Positions 26,758-39,875 of a stretch of DNA of 64,000 nt are shown here, in pieces. A program made the position numbers and the translations under genes. The first letter of the stretch is position 1. Each line of letters begins with the position of its first letter. The DNA comes from Curvularia clavata (lineage: Eukaryota): the NCBI GenBank assembly GCA_023920165.1, contig CP089280.1, positions 1,736,001-1,800,000 of the forward strand. Reading direction: 5' to 3'. The notes beneath the pieces were generated by a model that saw only the letters and a list, made by a program, of their open reading frames with translations, ran no database searches and had not been told where the DNA came from.

Positions 26758-27885
26758 GTGGAGTGATAAATGAGAGAAGTGGGAGGACGAAGATGTTACG
26801 AAAAGTGAGATGGAGGGAGGTGAGGGGGTTGCGTAGAGAAACATGGAAGGGAGAGGGTATCAAGTATCAAGTGTCATTTGCGTTAGCAATAGGTCGACTG
26901 ATGGCAGCTTACTACTACTATTTTCAACCAAGATAGTGTAAACTACCTTAGATTACCCCTTTTTACATCACTTCCTATCTCAATATTGTTACTTGTTGTG
27001 GGCCATAGATAACCCCTATGTTCCTCAAAATACATGACATCTGAGAGATGCAAAGAAGACCAAGAACTTGGAACAAAAAAGTGGCCAGACTTACAGCATC
27101 ACCACCACCACCAACAGTAGCAGCAGAACTAGAAGACTAAAAAAAACATCAACAGCATTCATCTGCATATACAGCCGTAGATCAGCCCACCCCACGGTAA
27201 GGACCACTAAGCTTGGAATCACATCAACTCCTTACCAGCGCAGCCTTACCTTCTCACCATTGCTCATTCAAAACGATAGTATTGTTTTACTCTTAGAAAC
27301 ACACATGTACACGTATACACACGCAGGATTTACCATTAAAACCTACCCCAAAGCAGGACCAAGAAGCTGCTGTAATGAAAAGGAGAACATGAAAAGAACT
27401 ACTAAGACATGCGCTGGAAAAAGGAAAACTAGAAATAGAAGAGGAGGAGAGAAAAAAGACATCACCTTGCCCTACCCGTCAAAAGATTGTCTTTTTCTTT
27501 CCTTCTTTCCCTACTCCTGTTGCAAGTAACGCGTTCGAAACTGTCCCCGTGAATGATTGCTGGTTGTTTATGGGCAGAAGCAGGAAGTTTGCCGCTATAC
27601 CTTTTAAAACTGCCGTTGAGGATATGGTGACTTCGTAATGGAGGAAGAACCTGGGTATAGTAGAGGGTGATGCGGGACATGCGGACGCTTGCCTAGGAGT
27701 GTTGTGGGTGTGGATATGTAGGCGCCTTACCCTCCTATACTATGCTGTGTGCTGCAGAGTCGAAACGTCAAGAGCTGAACAGAGTCGATCTTACCCTCAT
27801 TGACGAGAAAGGCTGGGGCGAAGAAAAAGGGAGGTAACCTTTTTTGACAAACCCTTGACAAGATAGCTTGCCTCTTGACCGAGGC

Positions 27886-29115
27886 TTAGTATCTTCGTCG
27901 TGTTCGTGGATCGTCGTAGCTGTCGCCGTCGTATGCACGCTTCCGTGAACCATCGTCTCGGCCTCCACCATACCCACCATCGCGGTCGCGGTCGCGGTAT
28001 CGATCCCTGCTACCGAGCGGTTCATTGTTAGCACCGCTGGATCCTCGGTCATTACCCCCACGTCTATCGTCGTATCGTCCACTGCCACGGTCACCTCCAT
28101 AACCACCACTTCCTCTGTCGCCGCCAAAGCCGCCACCACTTCGAGGGCCACGAGGACCAGCTGGAGCGCCGTCGGGGGGTCCATAGCCATTTGATTGGTA
28201 CCCAATGCCTCCTCGTCCTCCGCCTCGGCCTCCGCCACCAAAACCTCCTCCACCACCACCTCCACCGCGGAAGCCTCGTTCGCCGCCAAAGCCTCCACGG
28301 CCTCCGCCTCGTCCGCCAAAGCCACTGTTGAAGCCGCCGCGGCCTCCGAATCCACCGGGACCAGCAGGAGCACCGCCAAAGCCTCCCGAGCCACCTGCAC
28401 CGCGAGCAGCCGGGCCCTTTGTATAGTGTCGACCACCCATGCCACCACCAAAGCGACGTGGACGCCAGCCAGAAACTGTGCGACCGCGCTCGACATCAAC
28501 AAGGACACGTCGGTCCTTGATCTTAATGCCATCTGTCTCTTTGTAGGCAGCCTTCATGTCCTTTTCGCGCTCAAACACAATAAAGGCATAGCCGCGCATT
28601 CGCTTCTTGGGCGGCGCGTCTGGTGGCTGCGTGACATCTTCAACGATGCGAATGCGCTCAATGGGACCGTAGCGGCCGAATTCGCGCTCGAGGTCATCAG
28701 ATGTGACGCCGTACGACAGCCGGCACACGAAGAGTGTTTTGAAGGCGTCACCTTGTACCTTTGGATCTTCTGCAGGTTTATCTGTAATTAGGAGTTAGCA
28801 TATTTTCTTAGCGAATTTCCTTGTTTGCGCGCGCCCGCGCGCCAGTGACATACAATTCTTAATGCCTTCGGTGATGAGCTTCTCCTGTTTCTCCTTCTTT
28901 TCGAGCTTCTTGCGGTCGCGTTTCTGCAGCCAGCTGTCGGTGGGAACGTAGCCGTCGTTGTCCTTGTACTCTCGCAAAGCGTCCATGTACTGTCCAATGC
29001 CGCTAATCTTGGGTGTGCAGCGCTTCTCCGGCGCGTGGTCGGTTGGCTCAACCCAGCGCAGCGGCGGCCGCGGGGCGAACAGGTTCAGCAGCATCGGGGG
29101 AAGAAGATGCGTCAT
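27886..29115 (-). CDS. SNP1: U1 snRNP 70 kDa protein
   Basis: [36 protein letters not shown] with [47 protein letters not shown] tail; one intron. Confidence 0.95.
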
Positions 29116-29390
29116 CTTGGCTTGAGTTCTGGAATGCGCTCCAGATGGCGACGTGGAATAGTTGGAATTCTGGTTGTGGGGAGGGGATTGAAGAAGCGAT
29201 GATGAGAGACGGTGCTGCTTGTTCTTTGGGGGCGGATGGAGCTTGGCACCAAGATGCGACGCGGAGTTCGCACTAGCGCAATCTTAGGCTGCTGCCACCG
29301 CACGTGAGAGCAGGGCGCCAGACTACCGCTTCTGAGATTGGTGAATTGAAGGGCTACCAAACGACTTTCGTCCCCCAATTGCACGCCAAA

Positions 29391-29860
29391 ATGCCTGTCT
29401 CGGCGCTCAAGACAGTCGCAAAGGCCCAGGTATGTCCGGTCCCTTTGTATCGCACATACCAACTTCTAACAAATATTTACAGAATGGCGTCGGAGCCTTT
29501 GTCCTACCTTGCAAATCCCTAACCTTCCACTACTGCAACTGGTGGGGATCCTCTCGCGGCATGAACGCCTTCATCAAGTCGTCCCTGCCAGCCTTCGCCA
29601 AGCGCAACCCTCAGATAGAAATTTCCGTCAGCCCACGACCGGCCCATCACCCCGTCATCATCGCAAACTACATCAATGGCACCCAGCGGTCAATATGCGT
29701 CAAGAACCTGCAGAACGAGGGCGTGCGGGAAAAGGCGGAGATGCTGAGGAACAGCACAGGCGAGAAGAACAGGAAGTTGGATGGCCGGCCAGTGAAGAGT
29801 TTGAACGAGAGCGTGAGGGGCATCTGGAGTCCATTCCACGGGGACAAGATCAAGATATAA
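29391..29860 (+). CDS. MRPL51: Mitochondrial 54S ribosomal protein L51 (mL43)
   Basis: MPVSALKTVAKAQ|NGVGAFVLPCKSLTFHYCNWWGSSRGMN...HPVIIANYING...NESVRGIWSPFH; intron 29430-29482. Confidence 0.93.
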
Positions 29861-30227
29861 GGATTGGAAAATACGGGGAGGTTGGAAACAATTCAGGGTA
29901 GAAGGCATAGGTTTTGCTCGCAGCAGCAAACCAAGGCAGACCAGCTACATGGCCAGTGTGGCGAAGCTGAACAATGCTCACACAGATGTGTATGCATACG
30001 AGACATGCACGTTCGGATTTAGGGCAAAAATCATCTGTACAACAAACGTATCAAATAGAACAGGCAATAAACATCACAAGTCACACCAACTTCGTCGTTG
30101 ATCTTCGTAGGCGTTCATTATACGCAAGCTTATCTAATTTTTTAGCCAAGGAGTATATCTCATAACATCATCAGTAACGTTCCACGCGAGCTTCGTTCAT
30201 TTATAGACGAGCATCGCTTCGGGGGAT

Positions 30228-31184
<957 letters not shown>

Positions 31185-31691
31185 TTTGGCGGTTGTTTTT
31201 ATGAGAACTGTGTAAAAGTATGTGTGTTGGGGTATCAAGTATGCTCAATTGAGTTGGGATTGGAGTTTGTTAGGAATGCGTTGTTGAGCTGAGCTACAGT
31301 AGGTATTAAAGATTGGTGGGGGTTGCGCGGGGCCGGTGACGTCTTGAGAGATTCGCCGAACGCCGGATTCTGAAAGACTGGAGACCGACTCCCCATCGTG
31401 AAATCTCTTTTCCAATTGCCAGGTATTGTTATTCCAGCAATTGGCCAGCCAGTTGCTGATCTGACGGGAGGTGACAGTCTAGTAGTCTGCAGTACGTTTC
31501 CAGCTACTTCATGCATATAGACAGCTACAACAATGGCATAGCTTGACTCTCCGCGTGTTTTTACGGACTTGAAGAGGCATGGCAATGACAGAATGGCCCA
31601 CTCTGCACTACTGATCGACCCGAAGTTACCCTCAGCCAAGCCTCACGCCGCCAAAACGTTCCGATCTTCCCTGAACCACCACTTCAACACC

Positions 31692-32045
31692 ATGCCGGAG
31701 CCCGCATATATTGATCGAGGCCCCACCGTCCATGGTTTGTCAGTCACACCACTCACGCAATGTACACACTGGCATTCACCGCTCGACATTATCGCCATCA
31801 AACATTTCTGCTGTAAAAAGTTCTATGCGTGCATCAGCTGCCACGATGCATGTGAAACACATGCTTCTGAAGTCTGGCCCCGAACGAGACGAGATGAAAG
31901 CGCCGTGCTATGTGGGCAATGCAAGCATGTCTTGACTGTGGACGAGTATTTGAAGAGCGGGAGCAAGTGCACCAAGTGCGAGAGTGGATTCAACCCTGGC
32001 TGTAAGAACCATTGGGGGCTGTATTTTCAGTTAGATGGGCAGTGA
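31692..32045 (+). CDS. HOT13: CHY-type zinc finger protein (Hot13-like)
   Basis: QCTHWHSPLDIIAIKHFCCKKFYACISCHD...VLCGQC...CTKC...FNPGCKNHWGLYF. Confidence 0.8.
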   Translation: MPEPAYIDRGPTVHGLSVTPLTQCTHWHSPLDIIAIKHFCCKKFYACISCHDACETHASEVWPRTRRDESAVLCGQCKHVLTVDEYLKSGSKCTKCESGFNPGCKNHWGLYFQLDGQ

Positions 32046-32354
32046 GCAATTCCAAGTTCATTCAACATTCATCAGACCATGCGCCTGTTCGAAACGGAAG
32101 TGCATAGGGGTATACTCAGGAGTCAAATTCAACAGGAAAAATCTCATGAGTATTAATCTACTAGGGTATATGGGTAATCCAGCCAACAAAAAAAAGTATC
32201 GTACACGCATTGCTCTTTCCTTTTCCCTCGTATCACATAAAGGCACATGCCCAATATATTATCCAACCGCCCATGACATTCATGCATTAAACAAAAAGAA
32301 AAAACGGCGTTCTTGGGCCCCTGGAGGCCCTAAACATTACACAAACGAAACTTT

Positions 32355-34142
32355 CTATGTCGCGCATAGAATGGCCTCCCAGCCCTCAGTCCACCTCACG
32401 CTACCCATGATGATCAGTAGAAGAGAGAATGCTGTTACAACACTCAGACTCGCATACACATACGCAGCCTTCCTTTTCAAGGCATCGATTTCGACAATCC
32501 AAGTAGACACGGTCGTCAGGCAGCCACATAAACCGTCCATGATGCCCTGCAGCACTTGGCAGCCTATTAAGCCTCCACCAACAAGTCCGGTGGTACTTAA
32601 CGAGACGTGTTGCAAATCGTATGCCATGCCAATGACTGCCGTGCCGAAAACGTTGACGGTAAAAGTGCCGACGGGGAATGAAGGATTGATAGGATTCAGG
32701 TAGATCGAGACGTAGTATCGAAGCAGGCATCCTATAGGCGCAAAGACGCAAGCAAAAAGGGCTTGACTGCGCCATGCGTCCTTGGGCGGAATAACAGCCA
32801 TGATGACCGCTCCAATCCATACTCCCCAGCCCAAGACGACAAAGATGGGGTCGACAACGCGGCGCGTAAGGCGAAAGGATAGCGTGGGCGTGATGCGATC
32901 GAGCGCAAGGGCTAGATGCGCGCCAACGTGGAGTGCGCAGTAACACGTAGCTATGGTGATGATTATGGTAGCGCAGAGAGCCAAGAACGAGTATCCGCCG
33001 TTCCTTGGCACAAGATTTCCAGGCGAAGGCAGTTGGGCGTTGGCTGGGTACGGATGGCTAACGGGGGCTTTGAGGTCGTTGGAAAGCGCTAGAAAGATGT
33101 CGCGAATAAAGCTCGAGAAGCTGGTAAAAGAGCCGCAGAATCCAGTCGCCAGGCCAATGTACATTGGAACCGTCTTCTTCACCCTTCCGTGACGCGCTCG
33201 TTCAGCGTGTCGGCGCGCGGGCTCGTCTGGGGGCTCTGGCAGGCTGTCCCCCCCGTAACCCCATTCTGCAGCAAAGAGGCGGCGGTCTTCCGCAAGAAAG
33301 CCCATTATTAGTGTACCAGCGACATTGGCCCACAATTCAGAGAAGGTTAGGGGTGTGCCAGAGTAAAAGGTGAGGGCCTGGAGTCCGAGGCGCGCCAGTG
33401 TTCCCCAGATGGAGAAGAATATCAAGTAGGAGACTGTGTAGAGCTCAGTTGCCAGTCGGGATGCTCTCCGTGCTCCCGGGGTGGGTCTGGAGCGCATATA
33501 CAGGTCTGCGTAGTCGTCTTGCTTCTCAGGTGACATGCTGGGCAGCGCGGTAATGCTCAATTGCGAGGTTGATCCTGGGCCAGGTGCCAAGTGCTGCGGC
33601 GGAAGTGAAAGGGTCGACGATGGGTGAGCTCGTAGAGGAGATGGGGTTACATGCTCAGCATCGGCCTCAGCGTTCTGCCTTCTTGGTTTCCGGAGTGATG
33701 CAGGTGAGTCGGGTGCGCGGGCAGCATCCGTGTAAACGTGCAGCCACGAGCCTGGGACGAGGAAGTCTCCTGCTTCGTGGGCCTTGTCTAATTGATAATC
33801 GGCGGTGGTGCGCGACGTGTGCTTGCTCGAGCTCCTGTCCTTCCACTTGGAGCCGCTGTCAGTGCGGTGCCGGTCGCGTGCGTATGGTATGTTGGGCGCA
33901 GGCGAGGCCGTGGATCCGGGTGAGGGCGGTGAGGGATCAATGTCGTCGAAGTCGAGGTCGTTGATTCGCGCGGCTGAGCTGTGGGTCTGTGACTGTGACC
34001 GCGGGCCGGCCGAGGGCTCCTCCCACAGCAGCGAGGAGCGCAACGACGAGCGCTGGTTGTTGTAGTGAGTCTCGCGCTTGGTGGGGCCGTCGTCGTCGCC
34101 GACTATGGTTGTTGGCGATGCTGTCGCCGCATGGTCGGCCAT
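32355..34142 (-). CDS. FEX1: Fluoride exporter (two CrcB/Fluc domains)
   Basis: GTLARLGL, WANVAGTLIMG, GLATGFCGSFTSFSSF, FPVGTFTVNVFGT and GLCGCLTTVSTWIVE Fluc motifs after a disordered N-terminus. Confidence 0.9.
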   Translation of the reverse strand: MADHAATASPTTIVGDDDGPTKRETHYNNQRSSLRSSLLWEEPSAGPRSQSQTHSSAARINDLDFDDIDPSPPSPGSTASPAPNIPYARDRHRTDSGSKWKDRSSSKHTSRTTADYQLDKAHEAGDFLVPGSWLHVYTDAARAPDSPASLRKPRRQNAEADAEHVTPSPLRAHPSSTLSLPPQHLAPGPGSTSQLSITALPSMSPEKQDDYADLYMRSRPTPGARRASRLATELYTVSYLIFFSIWGTLARLGLQALTFYSGTPLTFSELWANVAGTLIMGFLAEDRRLFAAEWGYGGDSLPEPPDEPARRHAERARHGRVKKTVPMYIGLATGFCGSFTSFSSFIRDIFLALSNDLKAPVSHPYPANAQLPSPGNLVPRNGGYSFLALCATIIITIATCYCALHVGAHLALALDRITPTLSFRLTRRVVDPIFVVLGWGVWIGAVIMAVIPPKDAWRSQALFACVFAPIGCLLRYYVSIYLNPINPSFPVGTFTVNVFGTAVIGMAYDLQHVSLSTTGLVGGGLIGCQVLQGIMDGLCGCLTTVSTWIVEIDALKRKAAYVYASLSVVTAFSLLLIIMGSVRWTEGWEAILCAT

Positions 34143-34783
34143 GGCAGCCGTCTCGGGTGCCTGCAGATTGGATGTACAATGACGTGGGGCCGTACCAGAG
34201 TGAGAAGGTCCCGGTCAGTTCATCTCACGCCAAAAATGGATGCGGTATCTGAGGACTGGATATGGAACAGGCTCTGCGCAGGACGGTCCCGTGGTGCAAT
34301 GGATGTCCAAGGCTGGCGCGGCGTGGGCGTGTGTATATGTTGTCGGCCAGCCCTTCAAAGGCGCCCCCTTCTGATGCAAAGAAGAAAGTATAACTGCCAT
34401 TATGGTCGCCCAGGGCTTCGCGCCATTGTGCCAGTGCCGACAAGCAAAGCATCCGATGGCCGTATTCTCCGATTGGCGCTGGCGCTGGCGTGTCGTGCGT
34501 GTCCAATGCTTGGGCGGCGCCGTCCGATGCAAGGCCGGTCAGCTGCTATCGCCCGCATGGAGAGTAGCGCTGCTCGAGCTACCTATCTCATGCACCTGCC
34601 GCATTCCTACAAACGTCGTATCGTGTCGTGAATTGAACAAGCAAGCAATAACCTTCTCTCTGCTCGGTATATATATATCGCTTGCTAAGCTTGGCTGCTT
34701 CTGGTCAGCGAGATTACACCGTCCACCCGCCCGGCACGTGACACATATACCATACCCGTACTCATACTACCATATCAAACACC

Positions 34784-35549
34784 ATGGCCCTCCCCAAGAA
34801 CGCACACGTCTCGACGCATCCCTGTCTGCAGGCGAAGATCTCACAGCTGCGGTCGGCGAGCACAGGCTCTCGTGATGCTCAGACGCTGGTACATGAAATT
34901 GCCCTTATGGTGGGCTACGAGGCTCTGGCCGCGGGCTTGAAAGCAAAGGAGGGAAGCACAGTACGTCCCGCATTGTCTTGTCGTAGCACAAGCAATCTTC
35001 TAATTACCCTTGCATTGACAAACCTACTCGCAGGACAAGTCGCCCCTGGGCTACGAGTACACAACGAGCACGACCTCGCCAGCGCCCTCCGCTATCTCGC
35101 TCGTCCCTATCCTCCGCTCTGGCCTCTCCATGGTCCCTGCGCTCTCCTCTCTGCTCCCCACCCCGGTCCCTATTCACCACCTGGGCCTCTACCGCGAGAA
35201 GTCGACCCTGCAACCAGTCGAGTACTACAACAATCTGCCCTACCACACCCCACACACATCGGGCGCAACAAAGCCCCAGCCCGAGCTAGCTATCATCGTA
35301 GACCCCATCATCGCGACTGGCGCTACGGCCTGTGCGGCCATTGACACGCTCAAGGACTGGGGTGTCAAGAAGATTATTGTTTGCAGCATTCTAGCATCTG
35401 AGGAAGGCCTGCAGAAAGCCTGCAGTGAGTGGGAAGAGGGCGTCGAGGTGTGGGTGGGCGCGTGTGATAAAGATGTTGACGAGAAGGGCATGATTAAGCC
35501 TGGTCTTGGCGATATTGGAGACAGGCTATTCTTGACGCTGGGAAAATAG
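34784..35549 (+). CDS. Uracil phosphoribosyltransferase-family protein
   Basis: HPCLQAKISQLR, LVPILRSGLSM, HHLGLYREKSTLQPVEYYNNLP, PRPP motif IIVDPIIATGAT, IKPGLGDIGDRLF; intron 34961-35032. Confidence 0.92.
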
Positions 35550-36042
35550 GCCAGTAGCAAGCTATGGAGATTGATCCACGCATTAAGTGCTCATTACGTG
35601 CGTGATACTTTGCAGTCGTGTTCGTCAGAGGCTCAGGCCAAGTCTTCCTAGACACGTCACTTGTGAGGCTGGCGACCAAGACCACGACAATGGATGGAAC
35701 TGTCATTCATTCTCTACTCTCTGCCGAATCGATCTAGACGTGGCGAGCTTGTCGATCGTCTTGTCTATTACAAGCCTCAAGCGGGCCAGAGCCTAGGCGA
35801 TTGTGTGTTGTATTTACCTGTGGCAGTGCTGTTTCCAAGCCCTTGGCTCAACCACCAGCCACGCTTATGACGCAACTGTACAACCAATCTTGCTGCTCTG
35901 GTCGAGACCGCCAGCCCCCTACGCTATATAACTACTCTTGCTCCACCTTTCTATTCGTACCTCAGAATACATCTCCATTCAGATCACACACTCAACCTAC
36001 TTTTACTCAACTCAACCAGCACACATTCACGCATAATCAATC

Positions 36043-36226
36043 ATGGGTCTCATGTGGCACAAGGGCTTCGGTGGAAGGCACGCTGGTAAGACAGGCCTAC
36101 GATGAATCCCAAGCTCCCGGACAGCTACTAACACTAGCAACAGGCGGCGGTGTCGTTGTTGACAAGCACGGTGTTCGACGTGCTCCCTTCCGCATCTCTT
36201 GCGGTCGCTTCTCCTGCTTCCGCTAA
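36043..36226 (+). CDS. Putative 41-aa spliced microprotein MGLMWHKGFGGRHAGGGVVVDKHGVRRAPFRISCGRFSCFR
   Basis: TATATAA at 35925; CA-rich leader ending AATCAATC-ATG; canonical intron 36086-36143 (GTAAG...TACTAAC...CAG) joining exons in frame to TAA at 36224-36226. Confidence 0.7.
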
Positions 36227-36261
36227 GCAACCGTCTACCTCTCAGCAACCGTCTACCTCTC
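36226..36261 (+). repeat. Exact 18-bp tandem duplication (AGCAACCGTCTACCTCTC x2)
   Basis: Two identical adjacent units starting at the last base of the microprotein stop codon. Confidence 0.9.
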
Positions 36262-36734
36262 AGAAATGATTTATGATCTGTGAGTTGAGAATACCCCGCT
36301 GTAATGGCCAATAGCTAACCTGACCAGTTCTCAACACATGCACCTTGATACCTTTGTTTTTTGCGACGGCGTTCAGCTCGGATATGAACAGCGGTGAACA
36401 CACGAAACCAAGCGTAGTTTCCGTGGACAATATGCGATACCACACATGCATCTGCGACCAGATCCATATACCTTGCATGACTTCGATAGCCTAATACACC
36501 ATGTTTATTTGAATCACAATACCATTCTCAGAACTCGTCTACAAGCAGTTGGGCGGAAGCGCCAAGCCCTATGACGTCGCGTGTCCCACCCTTGTCTCAT
36601 GATCCATCCCATCTCTATTCGCGCCATTATGTCAACTTCACGGCGGGGCAAATAGCGCCCACTAAGTTAGCTCTTAGCTGACAGTCGGCTCCATGGGCGA
36701 ATACCGCCACGGCCACAGCTCCAGATATAGCAAG

Positions 36735-37520
36735 ATGCGGTCCATTCTCATCATCAATCCAAATTCTACGGAGCAAATGACCAACGGCCTCAAGCCGCTT
36801 GTCGATGCGCTGCAATTTAAAGAAGTGAATATTGCCACCACCAACAGCAACCAAGCAACTAACTTTGGCTAACAGACCGCACACGAGTACTTCACTGCAC
36901 CCTCTGGCCCAAAAAGCATTAACAATGAAGAGGACGCTGCAGAGTCGGTAAAGCACTGCCTGCCCGCCTTGCAGCAAGATCACCTCACACGCCACGATGG
37001 CTTCCTAGTCGCATGCTACTCGCAGCACCCACTTGTCCCCATCCTAAAAGAGCAATCTGAAATAAGAAACGCTCAAAAACCAGTCACTGGTATCTTCGAA
37101 GCCAGCGTCAGTACCTCGCTTCAACTTATCCACCCGGAGGAAAAATTCGGCATCGTCAGTACGGGTAAAGTCTGGGAAACCATTCTCAGCGACGCTACCA
37201 TAGCTTTTCTGGGCACGGGATCAGAGGCTAGCAAGCGCTTTGCGGGTGTCGAAACGACGGGACTGAATGCGACGGATTTGCATGATGCGCCGGCCGAGGA
37301 GGTGCGCAAGAGAATGAAGGATGCGGTTAAGAGGCTGTTGAAGAAGGGAAAGGTCGGAGCTATTTGTCTGGGCTGCGCGGGTATGTCGGGGATGGATGAG
37401 ATGGTTAGAGAGGCGTGTGTGGAGGAGTTGGGAGAGGCGGAGGGGAAGAGGGTAAGGGTTGTGGATGGGGTTATGGCTGGTGTGGCGTGGTTGGAGGGGG
37501 CTGTGAGAGCTAATTTCTAG
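36735..37520 (+). CDS. DCG1: Asp/Glu/hydantoin racemase family (Dcg1-like)
   Basis: MRSILIINPNSTEQMT...GPKSINN...GFLVACYSQHPLV...VTGIFEAS...FGIVSTG...AICLGCAGM...VVDGV; one intron. Confidence 0.88.
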
Positions 37521-37828
37521 ACTTTATAGGTGGTTGAGATTGTGAATTTGATTGAAATTATTAAGGGCTTCCGCATAAGTCTGTATTCTCTGGAAATACA
37601 CAGCGCTGATAACTAATACGGATACTAACCAAAAGCGGAATGACGTATGTACAAGTAGTGTCACGATCCATTACGTGGGACCGTTGGATTTGGTCAACAT
37701 CTTCTCTGATCTCATATCAGACAATCTTGTATTGACTGATCAGCTGCTCAGGACTTGATTCACGGAAATCATACGATCACAGAACCGCACAATAAGTATT
37801 CTGGCGAGAATCTTGCAGATTCATCGTC

Positions 37829-39193
37829 ATGCAGGCGCTCCCGAACGAGCTTCTTGCGCAGATTGCTGCGCATCTGGACCAAGAACCTCCATCGATCACC
37901 AAGTTCTCTCATGAACCTTCTGAGTTGCTAACACACTCTGACTGCATTTCGCTCAAGTCTCTGTCCCAGGTATCATGGCGCTGGAGGAAAATCGTTCTCC
38001 CCATACTCTTCCGCTACTCCCGAATACCACTTGATGACGAACCACAGTGGGTGCCAATGGATGCCCGACTGGTCGACAGTATGCAAGAGAACTTGACCAA
38101 GCTGAGCAATCACGAGTTTCTCATCTACACCAAACTCCGAAGCAAATTCAAGAGTAGCTCAGTCTTTGCTTTTGAGCCCGCCATGGATGATGTGCTTATC
38201 AATCTATGCCGCATTCAAGAGGGGGATGAGTTTCTCAAATCGGTACCGAATATCCTGTGGCTTCCACATCTGCCCAAATCATTTGCGAACTTTTGCCGGT
38301 TCGTTGCGCATTACACGCTGAAGCACCACATTAGGAGCGTAGTAGTGCACACGAAGAAGGAGTATGAGCTTCGTCATGTATCTACTGCAGATTTGCCGTT
38401 GGCCCGTGGGGTGTCTGATATCTGGACACAGGTATTCTCCCATTTAGAGCCTACTCGGGTTATAGTTGCGGCACCACCGTCAACCATGGCCGGACTTCTG
38501 GACACGCAGATGATGAGTAACGACACGTGGGCATTCGAAATGAAAATGCACTATATCGAGCTGCTTCAAGACGAGCCACCACGTACGGAGCACATGAAAG
38601 AAAATTGCCGGACATGGGGCTCTGCTCTCATCCATCAAAGGCCATGGTACCATGTGGGCTACAACGAGGGCTCCTCCATCGCCGCATACAGCACGTACGA
38701 ATACCATCTGAAGCAATCACCAAAGATACTGTTCCTCTTGCTCATACGGCTCGCCAAGGAAACGCAGCCATGCTGCAACATTACCTCGTTCAGCTTCACG
38801 GGCGTGTTTCCATTCGCCGCAAACGTAACATCAATTGTCCGCGCTCTGCACCGCATCCCGACAGTGAAGAAGATTCGTGTGCAGCTAGCACCTGGCCCGG
38901 AGAACAATTTGCTTAGTGATGGTAGGAGGAGGGGGAGGGCGCAGTCGAGTGACTTCTGGCTCGAGTGGCGTGAGAGCTACAAAGTACTTGCGAGTTATTT
39001 GGGAGTGTTTGACTTTGCAGATGAAGCAAGGTTCACAAGCAGAGACTGTCATGGCAAGCAGCTGGCGATAGAGGTGGAAGAGTGTATGGATCTGCTGAGA
39101 AAGAGGGGTGTTGGGTGGAAAAGTGAAGGGAATGGGAATTGGGTGAGAGATCATGGGTTGGATCGTCAGGGAACAGCTGCTGAGGAAGAATGA
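37829..39193 (+). CDS. F-box domain protein
   Basis: N-terminal LPNELLAQIAAHL...LKSLSQVSWRWRKIVLPILFR F-box signature; 454-aa ORF. Confidence 0.75.
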   Translation: MQALPNELLAQIAAHLDQEPPSITKFSHEPSELLTHSDCISLKSLSQVSWRWRKIVLPILFRYSRIPLDDEPQWVPMDARLVDSMQENLTKLSNHEFLIYTKLRSKFKSSSVFAFEPAMDDVLINLCRIQEGDEFLKSVPNILWLPHLPKSFANFCRFVAHYTLKHHIRSVVVHTKKEYELRHVSTADLPLARGVSDIWTQVFSHLEPTRVIVAAPPSTMAGLLDTQMMSNDTWAFEMKMHYIELLQDEPPRTEHMKENCRTWGSALIHQRPWYHVGYNEGSSIAAYSTYEYHLKQSPKILFLLLIRLAKETQPCCNITSFSFTGVFPFAANVTSIVRALHRIPTVKKIRVQLAPGPENNLLSDGRRRGRAQSSDFWLEWRESYKVLASYLGVFDFADEARFTSRDCHGKQLAIEVEECMDLLRKRGVGWKSEGNGNWVRDHGLDRQGTAAEEE

Positions 39194-39477
39194 TCTTGGA
39201 TAAATCTCGTAGAACGCAAGGAAAGGGATGCTAGAATTAACTGCATGTCTGCTGTTCATACTTTCTCTAGCTATCCCAAGGCTATCCTTAGAAGTGCTCC
39301 TAGCACCCACCAATCAGCGTTCCCGTCTCGGACCAGCTGCCCCACTCTGAACGCCTATGTCCTCTCTCACAAACCCGTCCGACGTCATGCCAAATTTCTG
39401 ATTCGGATACCCTGCACCGGCGAATCTCCCTCAAACTCCCCGGCAGACACATACACAGACCGATACACACAGCAGCT

Positions 39478-39875
39478 ATGGACTCGTACGTGAATTGGGC
39501 CCTGCTCCACGCCTCGCGCAAAGAAAAAAAGCTAATGCCTTGTCTCTAGCCTCACAGCCTCTGAGCAGCGCGAGCTGCAGTCGCGCATGGAGAAGAAGCA
39601 GATGAAGGAATTCATGAACGTAGGTTCGCCCGGACAAGCTCTGTGCTGTTTCATGTGTCGGCGCTGACGAGACATGACAGATGTACTCGAACCTTGTGCA
39701 GCAATGCTTCGACCACTGTGTCAACGGCTTCGAGAGCAAGTCGCTCACGTCGCGCGAAGAGAGCTGCGTGATGCGTTGCGTAGACAAGCACATGAAGGGC
39801 TCGCAGCGATTAGGCGACCGCTTCCAGGAACAAAATGCTGCTATGGCTCAGGGCGGTGGCATGGGCGGAAGATAG
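39478..39875 (+). CDS. TIM9: Mitochondrial small Tim chaperone Tim9
   Basis: [40 protein letters not shown]...[11 protein letters not shown]...RFQEQN; twin CX3C; two introns. Confidence 0.95.

Noticed and set aside
35547..35567. TAG GCC AGT AGC AAG CTA (in-frame SKL) after the UPRT stop
   Set aside because: SKL is followed by TGG rather than a stop, so it would not be C-terminal; at most a degenerate PTS1.
32355..37520. FEX1-UPRT-racemase as a metabolic (fluoro)pyrimidine cluster
   Set aside because: All are widespread standalone genes; adjacency alone is not evidence and no shared motif was seen.
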